Positions 54,849 to 62,683 of a stretch of DNA of 64,000 bases are shown here, in pieces. How positions within the stretch are numbered: position 1 is the first letter of the stretch; each line of letters opens with the position of its first letter. This DNA is from Anaerolineales bacterium UBA2200 (GTDB lineage: Bacteria > Chloroflexota > Anaerolineae > UBA2200), in the NCBI GenBank assembly GCA_002327925.1, contig DCVA01000036.1, positions 3,811 to 67,810 on the forward strand. Direction: 5' to 3'. Below the pieces are notes generated by a model, which did not search any database, had not been told where the DNA came from, and was given only the letters and a program-made list of their open reading frames with translations. The position numbers and the translations under genes were made by a program.

Positions 54849-56057
54849 CTACAACCCTTTGGTCGTGTCTCGCAGCAGGCTGGCCAGCGCCTTCACCAGG
54901 ACTTGCACGTCAGCCGGCGAGTTATAGGCCTGGATGGATACTCGCACCAGCTGCCTGCCCTGCCACTCGACGACCGGCACTTCAACGCCATATTGACGGT
55001 ACAGACCCTCCTGCAGCATGGTCGCATCGCAGGGCGGAAGGGGGAAAGACGCCATTTGTCCGTACCAGTCGCGCGAGTCCGGACACGGAGGGGTGAGACC
55101 GGTGAGATCCGACAGGCGCTGGCGGACATCTCGCAGCAAGGCGTGACAGCGGTCTCGTACGCGTGGCCAGTCGTGATCGGCCTGGAACTGGATTGCCGCA
55201 GGCACGGTCAGATATGCGGCAACATCGCGGGTTCCCTGCCACTCGTTCTCGTCAACGAATCGAGAGGGCCGCATGGTGTCCGCATCCCGATTCCAGCCCC
55301 AGCTCACCACCAGCGGATCGATCATGCCCTGAACATCGCGGCGCGCAAAGAGGAAAGCCGATCCCTTGGGTGCACAGAGCCATTTGTGGCAGTTGCCCGA
55401 GTAGAAATCGGCCCCCAGACTGGCTAGATCCAGCGGTATCTGGCCGGGTGCATGGGCCCCATCGATCACAGTGGTGATGCCCGCCTCTCGAGCCAGGCGC
55501 ACCAGGCCGGCAACCGGCAGCACCAGCGCTGTCGGCGAGGTGATATGACTGAGGAACAGCACCCTGGTGCGGGGGGTCACGCCTGACCAGACCCACTCGA
55601 CCACCTCATCTGCTGTGTGCACGGGCAGGGGAATGGTCCGTCTGACGTAGCTCGCTCCGCGGGCGCGACAGACCGACAACCAGGTGCGGTCGAGGGCACC
55701 GTACTCATGATCCGTGGTCAGCACCTCGTCGCCCGGCTGCAAGGTCAGCGAGCGCGCCACTGTGTTCAGGCCCGTGGTCGCGTTGGGCACGAAAACCAGC
55801 TCGTCCGGGGAGCACTTGACATAGTCCGCCAACGTGGTACGCGCTTCGAGCATCATGGGAGCGAAGCGGCGCCCGAGGAACTCCACGGGCTGTTCTTCCA
55901 GCTCGCGCTGCCACTTTTGATAGCGCTCAAACACAGGGCGCGGGCAGGCGCCGAAAGAGCCGTGGTTGAGAAAGGTGATATCCAGGCGCAACAGGAATTG
56001 CTGCCGTAGACTCGAGAACGACTCGGGTTGCGCCGACGCGGCGGGATGGCTGGCCAT
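54849..56057 (-). CDS. Class V PLP enzyme (isopenicillin-N epimerase / L-cysteine desulfhydrase-like)
   Basis: FLNHGSFGACP, NATTG, SHITSPT, DGAH, GNCHKW..PKG, QGTRD; ATG 56057 after GAGGAG. Confidence 0.9.
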   Translation of the reverse strand: MASHPAASAQPESFSSLRQQFLLRLDITFLNHGSFGACPRPVFERYQKWQRELEEQPVEFLGRRFAPMMLEARTTLADYVKCSPDELVFVPNATTGLNTVARSLTLQPGDEVLTTDHEYGALDRTWLSVCRARGASYVRRTIPLPVHTADEVVEWVWSGVTPRTRVLFLSHITSPTALVLPVAGLVRLAREAGITTVIDGAHAPGQIPLDLASLGADFYSGNCHKWLCAPKGSAFLFARRDVQGMIDPLVVSWGWNRDADTMRPSRFVDENEWQGTRDVAAYLTVPAAIQFQADHDWPRVRDRCHALLRDVRQRLSDLTGLTPPCPDSRDWYGQMASFPLPPCDATMLQEGLYRQYGVEVPVVEWQGRQLVRVSIQAYNSPADVQVLVKALASLLRDTTKGL

Positions 56058-56085
56058 GGGTTTCGCTCCTCGTTCTGTGAAAACG

Positions 56086-56114
56086 AGTATAGGCGGGGCA
56101 CCAGCCCCGGTCAA
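56086..56114 (-). promoter_or_regulatory. Sigma70-type promoter for the class V PLP gene
   Basis: TTGACC-N17-TATACT; spacer contains a GGGGC-N4-GCCCC palindrome. Confidence 0.7.
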
Positions 56115-56142
56115 CTGCGAAATGGGTCGGGCAAACAAGTGC

Positions 56143-56171
56143 TACGCGGACAGGGGATGCCTGTCCGCGTA
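56143..56171 (-). terminator. Intrinsic terminator after hcp
   Basis: Perfect 12-bp stem TACGCGGACAGG-N5-CCTGTCCGCGTA followed on the minus strand by GCACTTGTTT. Confidence 0.75.
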
Positions 56172-56198
56172 ACAGAGGTTGTTGCGGCCTCGGGAGAG

Positions 56199-57854
56199 CT
56201 ACTTGCCGGCGGCGATTGCCGCCACGTCCGCCTCAACTGTGGTGGTGGGCTTGATGTCAAAGTTCTTGACCAGTACCTTGAGCACGTTGGGCGACACGAA
56301 AGCGGGCAGGGTCGGGCCCAGGCGAATGTTCTTCACGCCCAGGCTGAGCAAGGCGAGCAACACAATCACGGCCTTCTGCTCATACCAGCCGATGTCATAG
56401 GAGATCGGCAGCTCGTTGGGGTGACTCACGCCAAAGGCCTCGGCCAGCTTGAGGGCGACGACCACCAGCGAGTAAGAGTCGTTGCACTGCCCCGCATCAA
56501 GGACGCGCGGTATGCCGCCGATGTCGCCCAGATCCAACTTGTTGTAGCGGTACTTGGCACAACCAGCAGTCAGGATGATCGTGTCCTGCGGCAGACTCTT
56601 GGCCACGTCGGTGAAGTACTGGCGCTCCTTGTGCCGTCCATCGCAGCCGGCCATCACGACAAAGCGCTTGAGTGCCCCGCTCTTGACCGCCGCAATGACC
56701 TTGTCGGCCACGCTGAGCACCGTCGCATGGGCGAAGCCGATCGGAATCGTGCCCTTCTCGAGCTGCACAGGGCTTTCGGACTGCAGCGCCTTGGCGATGA
56801 CCGGGCCGAAATCCTTCTTGCCGCCGGCTGGTCGATCCGCGATATGCGGGACACCCGGGTAGCCGGCAGGCCCCGTGGTGAACAGGCGGCCCAGGTACGA
56901 GTCACGCGGCTTGACAAGGCAGTTGGTGGTCAGGAGAATCGCTCCCCCGAACTTGTCGAATTCCTCCTGCTGATGCCACCAGGAGCCGCCGTAGTTGCCC
57001 ACCAGGTGAGCGTACTTCTTGAAAGCCGGGTAGGCATTGGCCGGAAGCATCTCGCCGTGCGTGTAGACGTTGACTCCCTTGTCCTTGGTCTGCTCCAGAA
57101 GCTCCTTCAGGTCGTGCAGGTCGTGCCCGCTGATCAGGATGGCAGGTCCGGGATGCACGCCGATGTTGACCTGGGTGGGCTCCGGATTGCCGTAGGTCTG
57201 GGTGTTGGCCTTGTCCAGCAGGGCCATCCCCGTGACGCCCATCTTGCCTGCCTTGAGCACTAGGGCTGTCAACTCATCACCGGTTGCCTGGTCATTGGTC
57301 GTCTCCAGCAAGGCCTCTTGCAGGAAGAACAGCAGCGAGTCATCCCGATGATCGAGCATGTAGGCATGATGAGTATAGGCCGCCAGGCCCTTGAGACCAT
57401 AGATCAACAGCTCGCGCAGGGAGCGCACGTCCTCATTCAGATTGGTGTCGGAGCGAACACCCACGGTTGCTCCTTTGGCCACGAGCTCATCGATGGTCCA
57501 CGACCTGGGGGTCCAGGCCGCCATGTCAGGGGCGGCCTGGATCGAATCCTCCCCGGCCTGGGCCTTCAACCCGTCACGCAGGGTCACGGCGCGCTTGACC
57601 AGCTCGACGAAGCGCGCAGAGTCAAAGTTGGCGTTGGTGATCGTCGTGAACAGCCCCTCGGCAACGAAGAGGTCGGCCTCCGCTGTGGACGCACCCTTCT
57701 GGCGTGCCGCAATCGCGTAGTACGAGAGACCTTTGAGTGACCAGATCAGCAGGTCCTGCAGCGCTGCGACCTCTGGCTCTTTGCCACAGACCCCTCGAAC
57801 CGTACAGCCCTGGTTCTTGGCCGTCTCCTGACACTGATAGCAGAACATCTCCAT
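56199..57854 (-). CDS. hcp: Hybrid cluster protein
   Basis: [54 protein letters not shown]. Confidence 0.97.
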   Translation of the reverse strand: MEMFCYQCQETAKNQGCTVRGVCGKEPEVAALQDLLIWSLKGLSYYAIAARQKGASTAEADLFVAEGLFTTITNANFDSARFVELVKRAVTLRDGLKAQAGEDSIQAAPDMAAWTPRSWTIDELVAKGATVGVRSDTNLNEDVRSLRELLIYGLKGLAAYTHHAYMLDHRDDSLLFFLQEALLETTNDQATGDELTALVLKAGKMGVTGMALLDKANTQTYGNPEPTQVNIGVHPGPAILISGHDLHDLKELLEQTKDKGVNVYTHGEMLPANAYPAFKKYAHLVGNYGGSWWHQQEEFDKFGGAILLTTNCLVKPRDSYLGRLFTTGPAGYPGVPHIADRPAGGKKDFGPVIAKALQSESPVQLEKGTIPIGFAHATVLSVADKVIAAVKSGALKRFVVMAGCDGRHKERQYFTDVAKSLPQDTIILTAGCAKYRYNKLDLGDIGGIPRVLDAGQCNDSYSLVVVALKLAEAFGVSHPNELPISYDIGWYEQKAVIVLLALLSLGVKNIRLGPTLPAFVSPNVLKVLVKNFDIKPTTTVEADVAAIAAGK

Positions 57855-57911
57855 TCTTCAGACTCCTCTCATAATCTGGAATTTGCGAAAGCAGGCGGAT
57901 CTCCCGCCGAT

Positions 57912-58691
57912 TCACCGATGAAGGGCAGAGGTGACCATACCGCGTCTGGCGGTCAGAATCAGGTTTCCGCTGACGTCGACCTCGTAGGGCGAGCCGGTCA
58001 TGTCTCCGAACACGCGCAGGTCATGGAACCCGGCCTGTGCGACTGCCGATTCGAGCTCGGCGCGTGGCTGAGGCCTCAACAAGGTGTGGCTCACGCGCTG
58101 GGTCCAGGCGTCGTCGCCCTGGCGCTGCAAAGTCAGTATGTTGAACCCGATCAGGCCATCCGATTGCCAGTCGTAGAAGCGCAGGAAAAGCCATTCCCTG
58201 TCGTCCTCGCGGTGGGATTGCGGCTCCATCCAGCGCTCTCGATGGGCCACGACCCGGTCGAAATTGCGATTCTGGATCAGCAGCAACCCCCCGGGCCGGA
58301 GACACTCAGCCATGTCGCCCAGCGCCGCGGCCAGCGAGGCAGGGTCGAGGAGGTGAGGCAGTGAATTGCCGAGGCAGATCAGGGCGTCGAAGCCCTCGCC
58401 CGTTCGTTCGCGCATCTCCCCAAAGCCGGCCACATGAAACGAGAGCGACAAATTCTCGTCGAGGGCGTTGCGCCTGGCCAGCTCGATCATGGCAACGCTG
58501 GCATCGGCGCCAGTCACATCAAAGCCACGTTTGGCAAGCGCGATGGCATGCTGACCGCTGCCACAGGCGGCGTCCAGGACTTTCCGCGCCCCCGCTGCGT
58601 TCAGCTCCCGCTCCAGGAACGGCATCTCGTACGCCAGACGCGAGGGCCAGTTGACAAAGCGGTCATAGTCGTCGCTCAGCTCGTCGTACAC
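57912..58691 (-). CDS. Class I SAM-dependent methyltransferase
   Basis: VLDAACGSG, GADAS, FDALICLGNSLPHL, LRPGG. Confidence 0.92.
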   Translation of the reverse strand: MYDELSDDYDRFVNWPSRLAYEMPFLERELNAAGARKVLDAACGSGQHAIALAKRGFDVTGADASVAMIELARRNALDENLSLSFHVAGFGEMRERTGEGFDALICLGNSLPHLLDPASLAAALGDMAECLRPGGLLLIQNRNFDRVVAHRERWMEPQSHREDDREWLFLRFYDWQSDGLIGFNILTLQRQGDDAWTQRVSHTLLRPQPRAELESAVAQAGFHDLRVFGDMTGSPYEVDVSGNLILTARRGMVTSALHR

Positions 58692-58927
58692 CTGTCACCT
58701 CCGGGGGACGGCGGATCCTCGGCCCAGACAATGGCATACTCACAGCGGATGGCGCCAGCGGGGCAAGTTGCTTCGCACTCTGCGCAGTAGGTGCAGTCCA
58801 GAGGCCGCGCGAAATGCGGACCCTCGTCGGCCATTTCGACCGCATGGCCGGGGCAGAGAGACACGCAGACGCCGCAGCGGGTACAGAGCACCAGGTCAAT
58901 TCGGGGAAGTGCCAGAGCAGACCGCAA
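58676..58927 (-). CDS. 2[4Fe-4S] ferredoxin
   Basis: CTRCGVC...CP and CTYCAEC...CP; SD GGAGGT. Confidence 0.9.
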   Translation of the reverse strand: MRSALALPRIDLVLCTRCGVCVSLCPGHAVEMADEGPHFARPLDCTYCAECEATCPAGAIRCEYAIVWAEDPPSPGGDRCTTS

Positions 58928-58973
58928 CGACCTACCTCCAGTGAAAGGGAAACGTGCCTGACGGATCGTGCCC

Positions 58974-59016
58974 AGTGTAGCCGATTGGCGAGGAATGGGA
59001 TACGACTTTCGTCGTA
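58974..59016 (-). promoter_or_regulatory. Class II Crp/Fnr-type promoter with palindromic operator
   Basis: TACGA-N6-TCGTA at 59001-59016 and -10 TACACT at 58979-58974; operator centre about 41.5 nt upstream of the predicted TSS. Confidence 0.65.
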
Positions 59017-59020
59017 CTGA

Positions 59021-59689
59021 CTAGAGGTTGGATTCTGCGACGAGGCCTTCACGGTCCACAACGATGATGCGTTCGCGGTCCAGCTGGATGAGGCCGGCAT
59101 CGACCAGGGCGCGCAGTCCGCGCCCGATTACGTCGCGGACTGTCCCTAGCCGGGCAGCGATTTCGTCCTGAGTCCACACACGGCGAGGCACCTGATCCTT
59201 TTCAGCGTTGTCCAGCAGAAAGCGGGCCAGCCGTCCGCGCACGCTGCGCAGCGAGATGGTCTCAACGAGGTCGGTCAGGTGATCCAGCTTCCCGGCCAGG
59301 TCGTCCAGCAGGGTCAGCCCGAGATCAGGATAGAGGCGGATGAGCCGGCGAAGGTCGTGACTGCTGATCTGCAACAGCCGACTCGCTACCACGGCTTCGG
59401 CGCTGGCGTGATTGGCGCCGCCCGTCCGCAGAGCGGGCACCAGGTTGAAAGGCGTGCCCCTCACGGCCGTGGTGAGCACCTGCTGGCGTCCCGACAGCGA
59501 GTCGCGGAAGATCCTCACGGCTCCTTCGATCACAAAGTAAGCCGCCTCGCACGGCTCGCCCCCAAGCAGAATCAGCTCACCGGCTCCAGAGACCCGCTCC
59601 GTGGCGACCTGGGCCAGCGCAGCGCGCACGGGTGCAGGCAGCCCGGCAAACAGGGGAACTCGGTCCAGCAAGCGCTCGTCACAGGACAT
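59021..59689 (-). CDS. Crp/Fnr family regulator (HcpR/DNR-like)
   Basis: VPLFAGL, G.VRI...S.SGRQQ, V.GRLARFLL, HTH TQDEIAARLGTVRDVIGR. Confidence 0.93.
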   Translation of the reverse strand: MSCDERLLDRVPLFAGLPAPVRAALAQVATERVSGAGELILLGGEPCEAAYFVIEGAVRIFRDSLSGRQQVLTTAVRGTPFNLVPALRTGGANHASAEAVVASRLLQISSHDLRRLIRLYPDLGLTLLDDLAGKLDHLTDLVETISLRSVRGRLARFLLDNAEKDQVPRRVWTQDEIAARLGTVRDVIGRGLRALVDAGLIQLDRERIIVVDREGLVAESNL

Positions 59690-59698
59690 GGTATGTTC

Positions 59699-59726
59699 AT
59701 TCTATGCACGCACAGGGGCCTGTCAA
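59699..59726 (-). promoter_or_regulatory. Promoter for the Crp-family gene (near-leaderless)
   Basis: TTGACA-N16-TAGAAT, 9 nt before ATG, no SD. Confidence 0.65.
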
Positions 59727-59747
59727 GGCAGCGCACAGCCCGATGCT

Positions 59748-59776
59748 TTGACTATTCGACTGGCATGGCGTAAACT
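59748..59776 (+). promoter_or_regulatory. Promoter for the lipoprotein-GT2-GT2-helicase operon
   Basis: TTGACT-N17-TAAACT. Confidence 0.65.
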
Positions 59777-59799
59777 GAAGGGGATACTGGCCATAAGAG

Positions 59800-60996
59800 G
59801 TGCACTTGAAAGCCCGGACATCAATGACTCTGGCTCTGTTGTGGATAATGCTCGCTCTGACCGCCTGTGGTCAGAAGCCCCTGCTGCACTCGGTGAGCAT
59901 TGTCCCGAACGTGATCTCACCCAACGCCGATGGCACGGAAGACGTGGCTCGCATCTCATACTCGGTGGCGCGTCCGGCGCGTCTATCGATCTATCTGGTT
60001 GACGCCGGCGGGCAGCGACACTCGGTCCGCACGGACCTCGACCGGCCGGCAGGGGACTACGAGACTCTCTTTAGCGGAGTGGTCAGCAACAGGCTTCTGG
60101 CGGACGGCACGTACACCTGCGTGCTGGAAGCGCGGACCGCTCACGGCGAGACGGAGCGCGTCGAGGCCTTTCTCACCCTTCAGGGCGGCGAACCCAACTT
60201 GATTCAGATCAAGAACCTGAACATTTACCCCACCACTTTCACACCCAATCGGGACGGCATCAACGACCGCGTCACGGTGGCCTACCACCTCACCAAAGAG
60301 GCGGTCAGTGTGCAGGTCTACCTTGTCGATGCGGCAGGCGGCAAGTACCCGCTGCCTGAGGACAAGATACGCCCGATGGGCGCTGCGGGAAATCACGAGC
60401 ACGACTATGAGGGGGGAGTGGACCTCGGAGCCACGCCCCCGGCCGACGGCACCTATCGGGTGGTGGTCGAGGCGCAGGATGCGGTGGGCAATCTGGATAC
60501 GGCCGAAGGTCAACTGACGATCAAGGACGGCGGCGTGCCGCGAATGGAAATCGTGAACCGGGCTGCTCAATGGTCTGCCAGTGTGCTTCCGCTGGGCGGC
60601 ACGCTCACCTTTACCTGCACCCTGCGCAATATCGGGAATGTGGCCATTCGCACCAAAGGTCCGCCGCCAGGAACCCTCTATACGACGCAGGAGAACTTTA
60701 ACAGCAAGGTTGCCTACGAGGAACCCGGTATCTTTCGACTGGGGATGGATTTCGAGGGCAACAGCTCCGGCCGCACCTATCCTTTCCGCTGGCAACTGGG
60801 CGCAGACGACGAGCTGACCACGGTGGACGGGCAGAAGTACCTTCTCCCGGGCCAGACCGTTGAGGTGGTGGGCCACCTGAAGATCATCGACAAGCCGGTA
60901 GTGGTCGCGCCCTACTACTGGCTGGGCCTCATCCACGAGCAGGTGTGGATCGTCGAAGACCGAGTCGAGCCCGTGCCGGTCACCATCGGGTTCTAA
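59800..60996 (+). CDS. Lipoprotein with two FlgD-Ig/CHU_C-like domains and a C-terminal beta domain
   Basis: Lipobox LTAC; duplicated SPNADG..D..ISY / TPNRDG.ND..VAY and (L/P)ADGTY units. Confidence 0.75.
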   Translation: MHLKARTSMTLALLWIMLALTACGQKPLLHSVSIVPNVISPNADGTEDVARISYSVARPARLSIYLVDAGGQRHSVRTDLDRPAGDYETLFSGVVSNRLLADGTYTCVLEARTAHGETERVEAFLTLQGGEPNLIQIKNLNIYPTTFTPNRDGINDRVTVAYHLTKEAVSVQVYLVDAAGGKYPLPEDKIRPMGAAGNHEHDYEGGVDLGATPPADGTYRVVVEAQDAVGNLDTAEGQLTIKDGGVPRMEIVNRAAQWSASVLPLGGTLTFTCTLRNIGNVAIRTKGPPPGTLYTTQENFNSKVAYEEPGIFRLGMDFEGNSSGRTYPFRWQLGADDELTTVDGQKYLLPGQTVEVVGHLKIIDKPVVVAPYYWLGLIHEQVWIVEDRVEPVPVTIGF

Positions 60997-61929
60997 ATGG
61001 ACCTGTCCGTTGTCATTGTCAACTGGAACGTCCGAAGTCTGCTCCAGGTCTGTCTGCGTTCCGTCCGAGCTTCCCTTGTGTCGAGCCCTCTCTCCTGGGA
61101 ACTGTGCGTGGTGGACAACGCCAGCGGCGACGGCAGTCCGGAGATGGTGCGAGAGAGCTTTTCCCGGGTCCGGTTGATTGCCAACGCGGAGAACCTCGGC
61201 TACGCCGGCGCCAGTAACCAGGGCCTGGAATCGTCGACCGGGCGCTACTGCCTGATCCTGAACCCGGACACTGAGGTCCACGGCGCTGCCCTGGAAACCA
61301 TGGTGACCTTCCTGGAGGCGACTCCGCGGGCGGGCATGGTAGGCCCCAGGCTGATCTTTTCCGAAGGCGGTTTCCAGCATTCGGCGTTCGCATTCCCTGG
61401 CGTGTTGCAGGTTCTGTTCGACCTCTTCCCCGTGCCCGGACCGATCCTGGAGTCACGGCTCAACGGACGCTACCCTCGCTCCCGGTACGCTTCGGGTCGT
61501 CCTTTTCTCGTGGGGCACCCGCTGGGCGCCTGCATGATGGTGCGCCGGACTGCGCTCGACAGGGTGGGCGGCATGGACACGGGCTATTTCATGTACTGCG
61601 AGGAGCTCGACTGGGCAAAACGGTTCCATCGCGGCGGGTGGCAGGTCTACTGCGTCCCGTCGGCTGAGGTTGTGCATCATGCGGGCCAGAGCACGAAGCA
61701 GGTGCGTCCCGAGATGTACGTCCAGCTCTGGCGCAGCCGGCTGCGTTTCTACCGCAAGCACTACGGGGCTGCGCACAATGCCCTCATCCCTCTGCTCCTC
61801 AGAGCCGGGCTGCACTATCAGGAGGGCCAGGCACTGCAGGAGGCTCGATGTGGTCGGCTGTCCGCCGCGGAGCTGGCGGAACGGCAGCAGATGTACAGGG
61901 GAGTTCGGGAGCTCATTCGTCAGTCCTGA
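60997..61929 (+). CDS. GT2 glycosyltransferase (WbbL-like)
   Basis: SVVIVNWN, VVDNAS.DG, NLGYA.A.NQG, LNPDT, GACMMVRR, YFMYCEE.D. Confidence 0.92.
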   Translation: MDLSVVIVNWNVRSLLQVCLRSVRASLVSSPLSWELCVVDNASGDGSPEMVRESFSRVRLIANAENLGYAGASNQGLESSTGRYCLILNPDTEVHGAALETMVTFLEATPRAGMVGPRLIFSEGGFQHSAFAFPGVLQVLFDLFPVPGPILESRLNGRYPRSRYASGRPFLVGHPLGACMMVRRTALDRVGGMDTGYFMYCEELDWAKRFHRGGWQVYCVPSAEVVHHAGQSTKQVRPEMYVQLWRSRLRFYRKHYGAAHNALIPLLLRAGLHYQEGQALQEARCGRLSAAELAERQQMYRGVRELIRQS

Positions 61930-61942
61930 TCGGAGGGTACGG

Positions 61943-62683
61943 TTGCTGGCAGCGGTGGTCCTTACTCGCAACGAAGCGCATAACATCGTCGAGTGCCTGC
62001 GCAGTCTGAAGTGGGCCGATCATCTGCTCGTGCTGGACTCGTTCAGCACAGACGGTACAGTGGACCTGGCCCGGTCTGTCGGCGCCTCGGTCCAGCAGAG
62101 GGCGTTTCAGAACTATGCAGACCAGCGAAACGCCGCCCTGGACTTTGTCGAAACCGAATGGGTGTTCTTCGTTGACGCGGACGAGAGGGCCACACAGGAG
62201 CTGGCCGCGGAAGTGAGACAGGCGATCTCCGGGTCGCATGCGGTGGGCTGGTGGGTGCCGCGACGCAACTATATCTGGGGGCGCTGGATCCAGCACGCCG
62301 GCTGGTACCCGGACTATCAGCTCCGCCTGCTGAAGCGCGGCTTCGCACGCTACGACCTGGCGCGCCCGGTTCATGAAGTGGTACAGCTCGACGGGCCGGA
62401 GGCCTGGCTGCAGAACGCCCTGATTCACAACAACTACCAGACCGTCGGACAGTTTCTGCGCAAGCAGGACGCCTACGCCACGTTTGAAGCAGGCATACTT
62501 CGAGAGAAGGGCGTACGGCCGAGACCCCACAGCCTGCTGCTGCAGCCGGTGCGGGAATTCTGGCGCCGCTACGTCAGCCTGTCTGGCTACAGGGATGGGG
62601 GACACGGTCTCCTGCTGAGTATCCTGATGGCCTACTACACTCACGTGGCCTATCGCCGCGCGAGAGCCTCGACCGATGCCTAA
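61943..62683 (+). CDS. GT2 glycosyltransferase (KdtX/WaaE-like)
   Basis: TRNE..NI..CL, DSFSTDGT, QRN.A, FVDADER, GWYPDYQLRL, VHE; TTG 61943 after GGAGG. Confidence 0.9.
   Translation: MLAAVVLTRNEAHNIVECLRSLKWADHLLVLDSFSTDGTVDLARSVGASVQQRAFQNYADQRNAALDFVETEWVFFVDADERATQELAAEVRQAISGSHAVGWWVPRRNYIWGRWIQHAGWYPDYQLRLLKRGFARYDLARPVHEVVQLDGPEAWLQNALIHNNYQTVGQFLRKQDAYATFEAGILREKGVRPRPHSLLLQPVREFWRRYVSLSGYRDGGHGLLLSILMAYYTHVAYRRARASTDA

Noticed and set aside
54849-58691. Ergothioneine-like pathway (methyltransferase + C-S lyase-like PLP enzyme) linked to hcp
   Set aside because: A strong terminator (56143-56171) and a separate promoter (56086-56114) isolate the PLP gene; the methyltransferase is not EgtD-like and no sulfur-inserting enzyme is present.
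8775-61380. Long antisense ORFs (8775-9935, 19398-20495, 52540-53745, 56028-57263, 59983-61380 and others)
   Set aside because: They shadow well-supported genes on the opposite strand, as expected from high-GC codon bias, and show no family motifs.
4180-61943. Long N-terminal extensions in the ORF track (4180, 4292, 5939, 10451, 13936, 23934, 24132, 32430, 33979, 38306, 56138, 61670)
   Set aside because: They overlap neighbouring genes or promoters; downstream starts with SD, coupling or promoter support were used instead.
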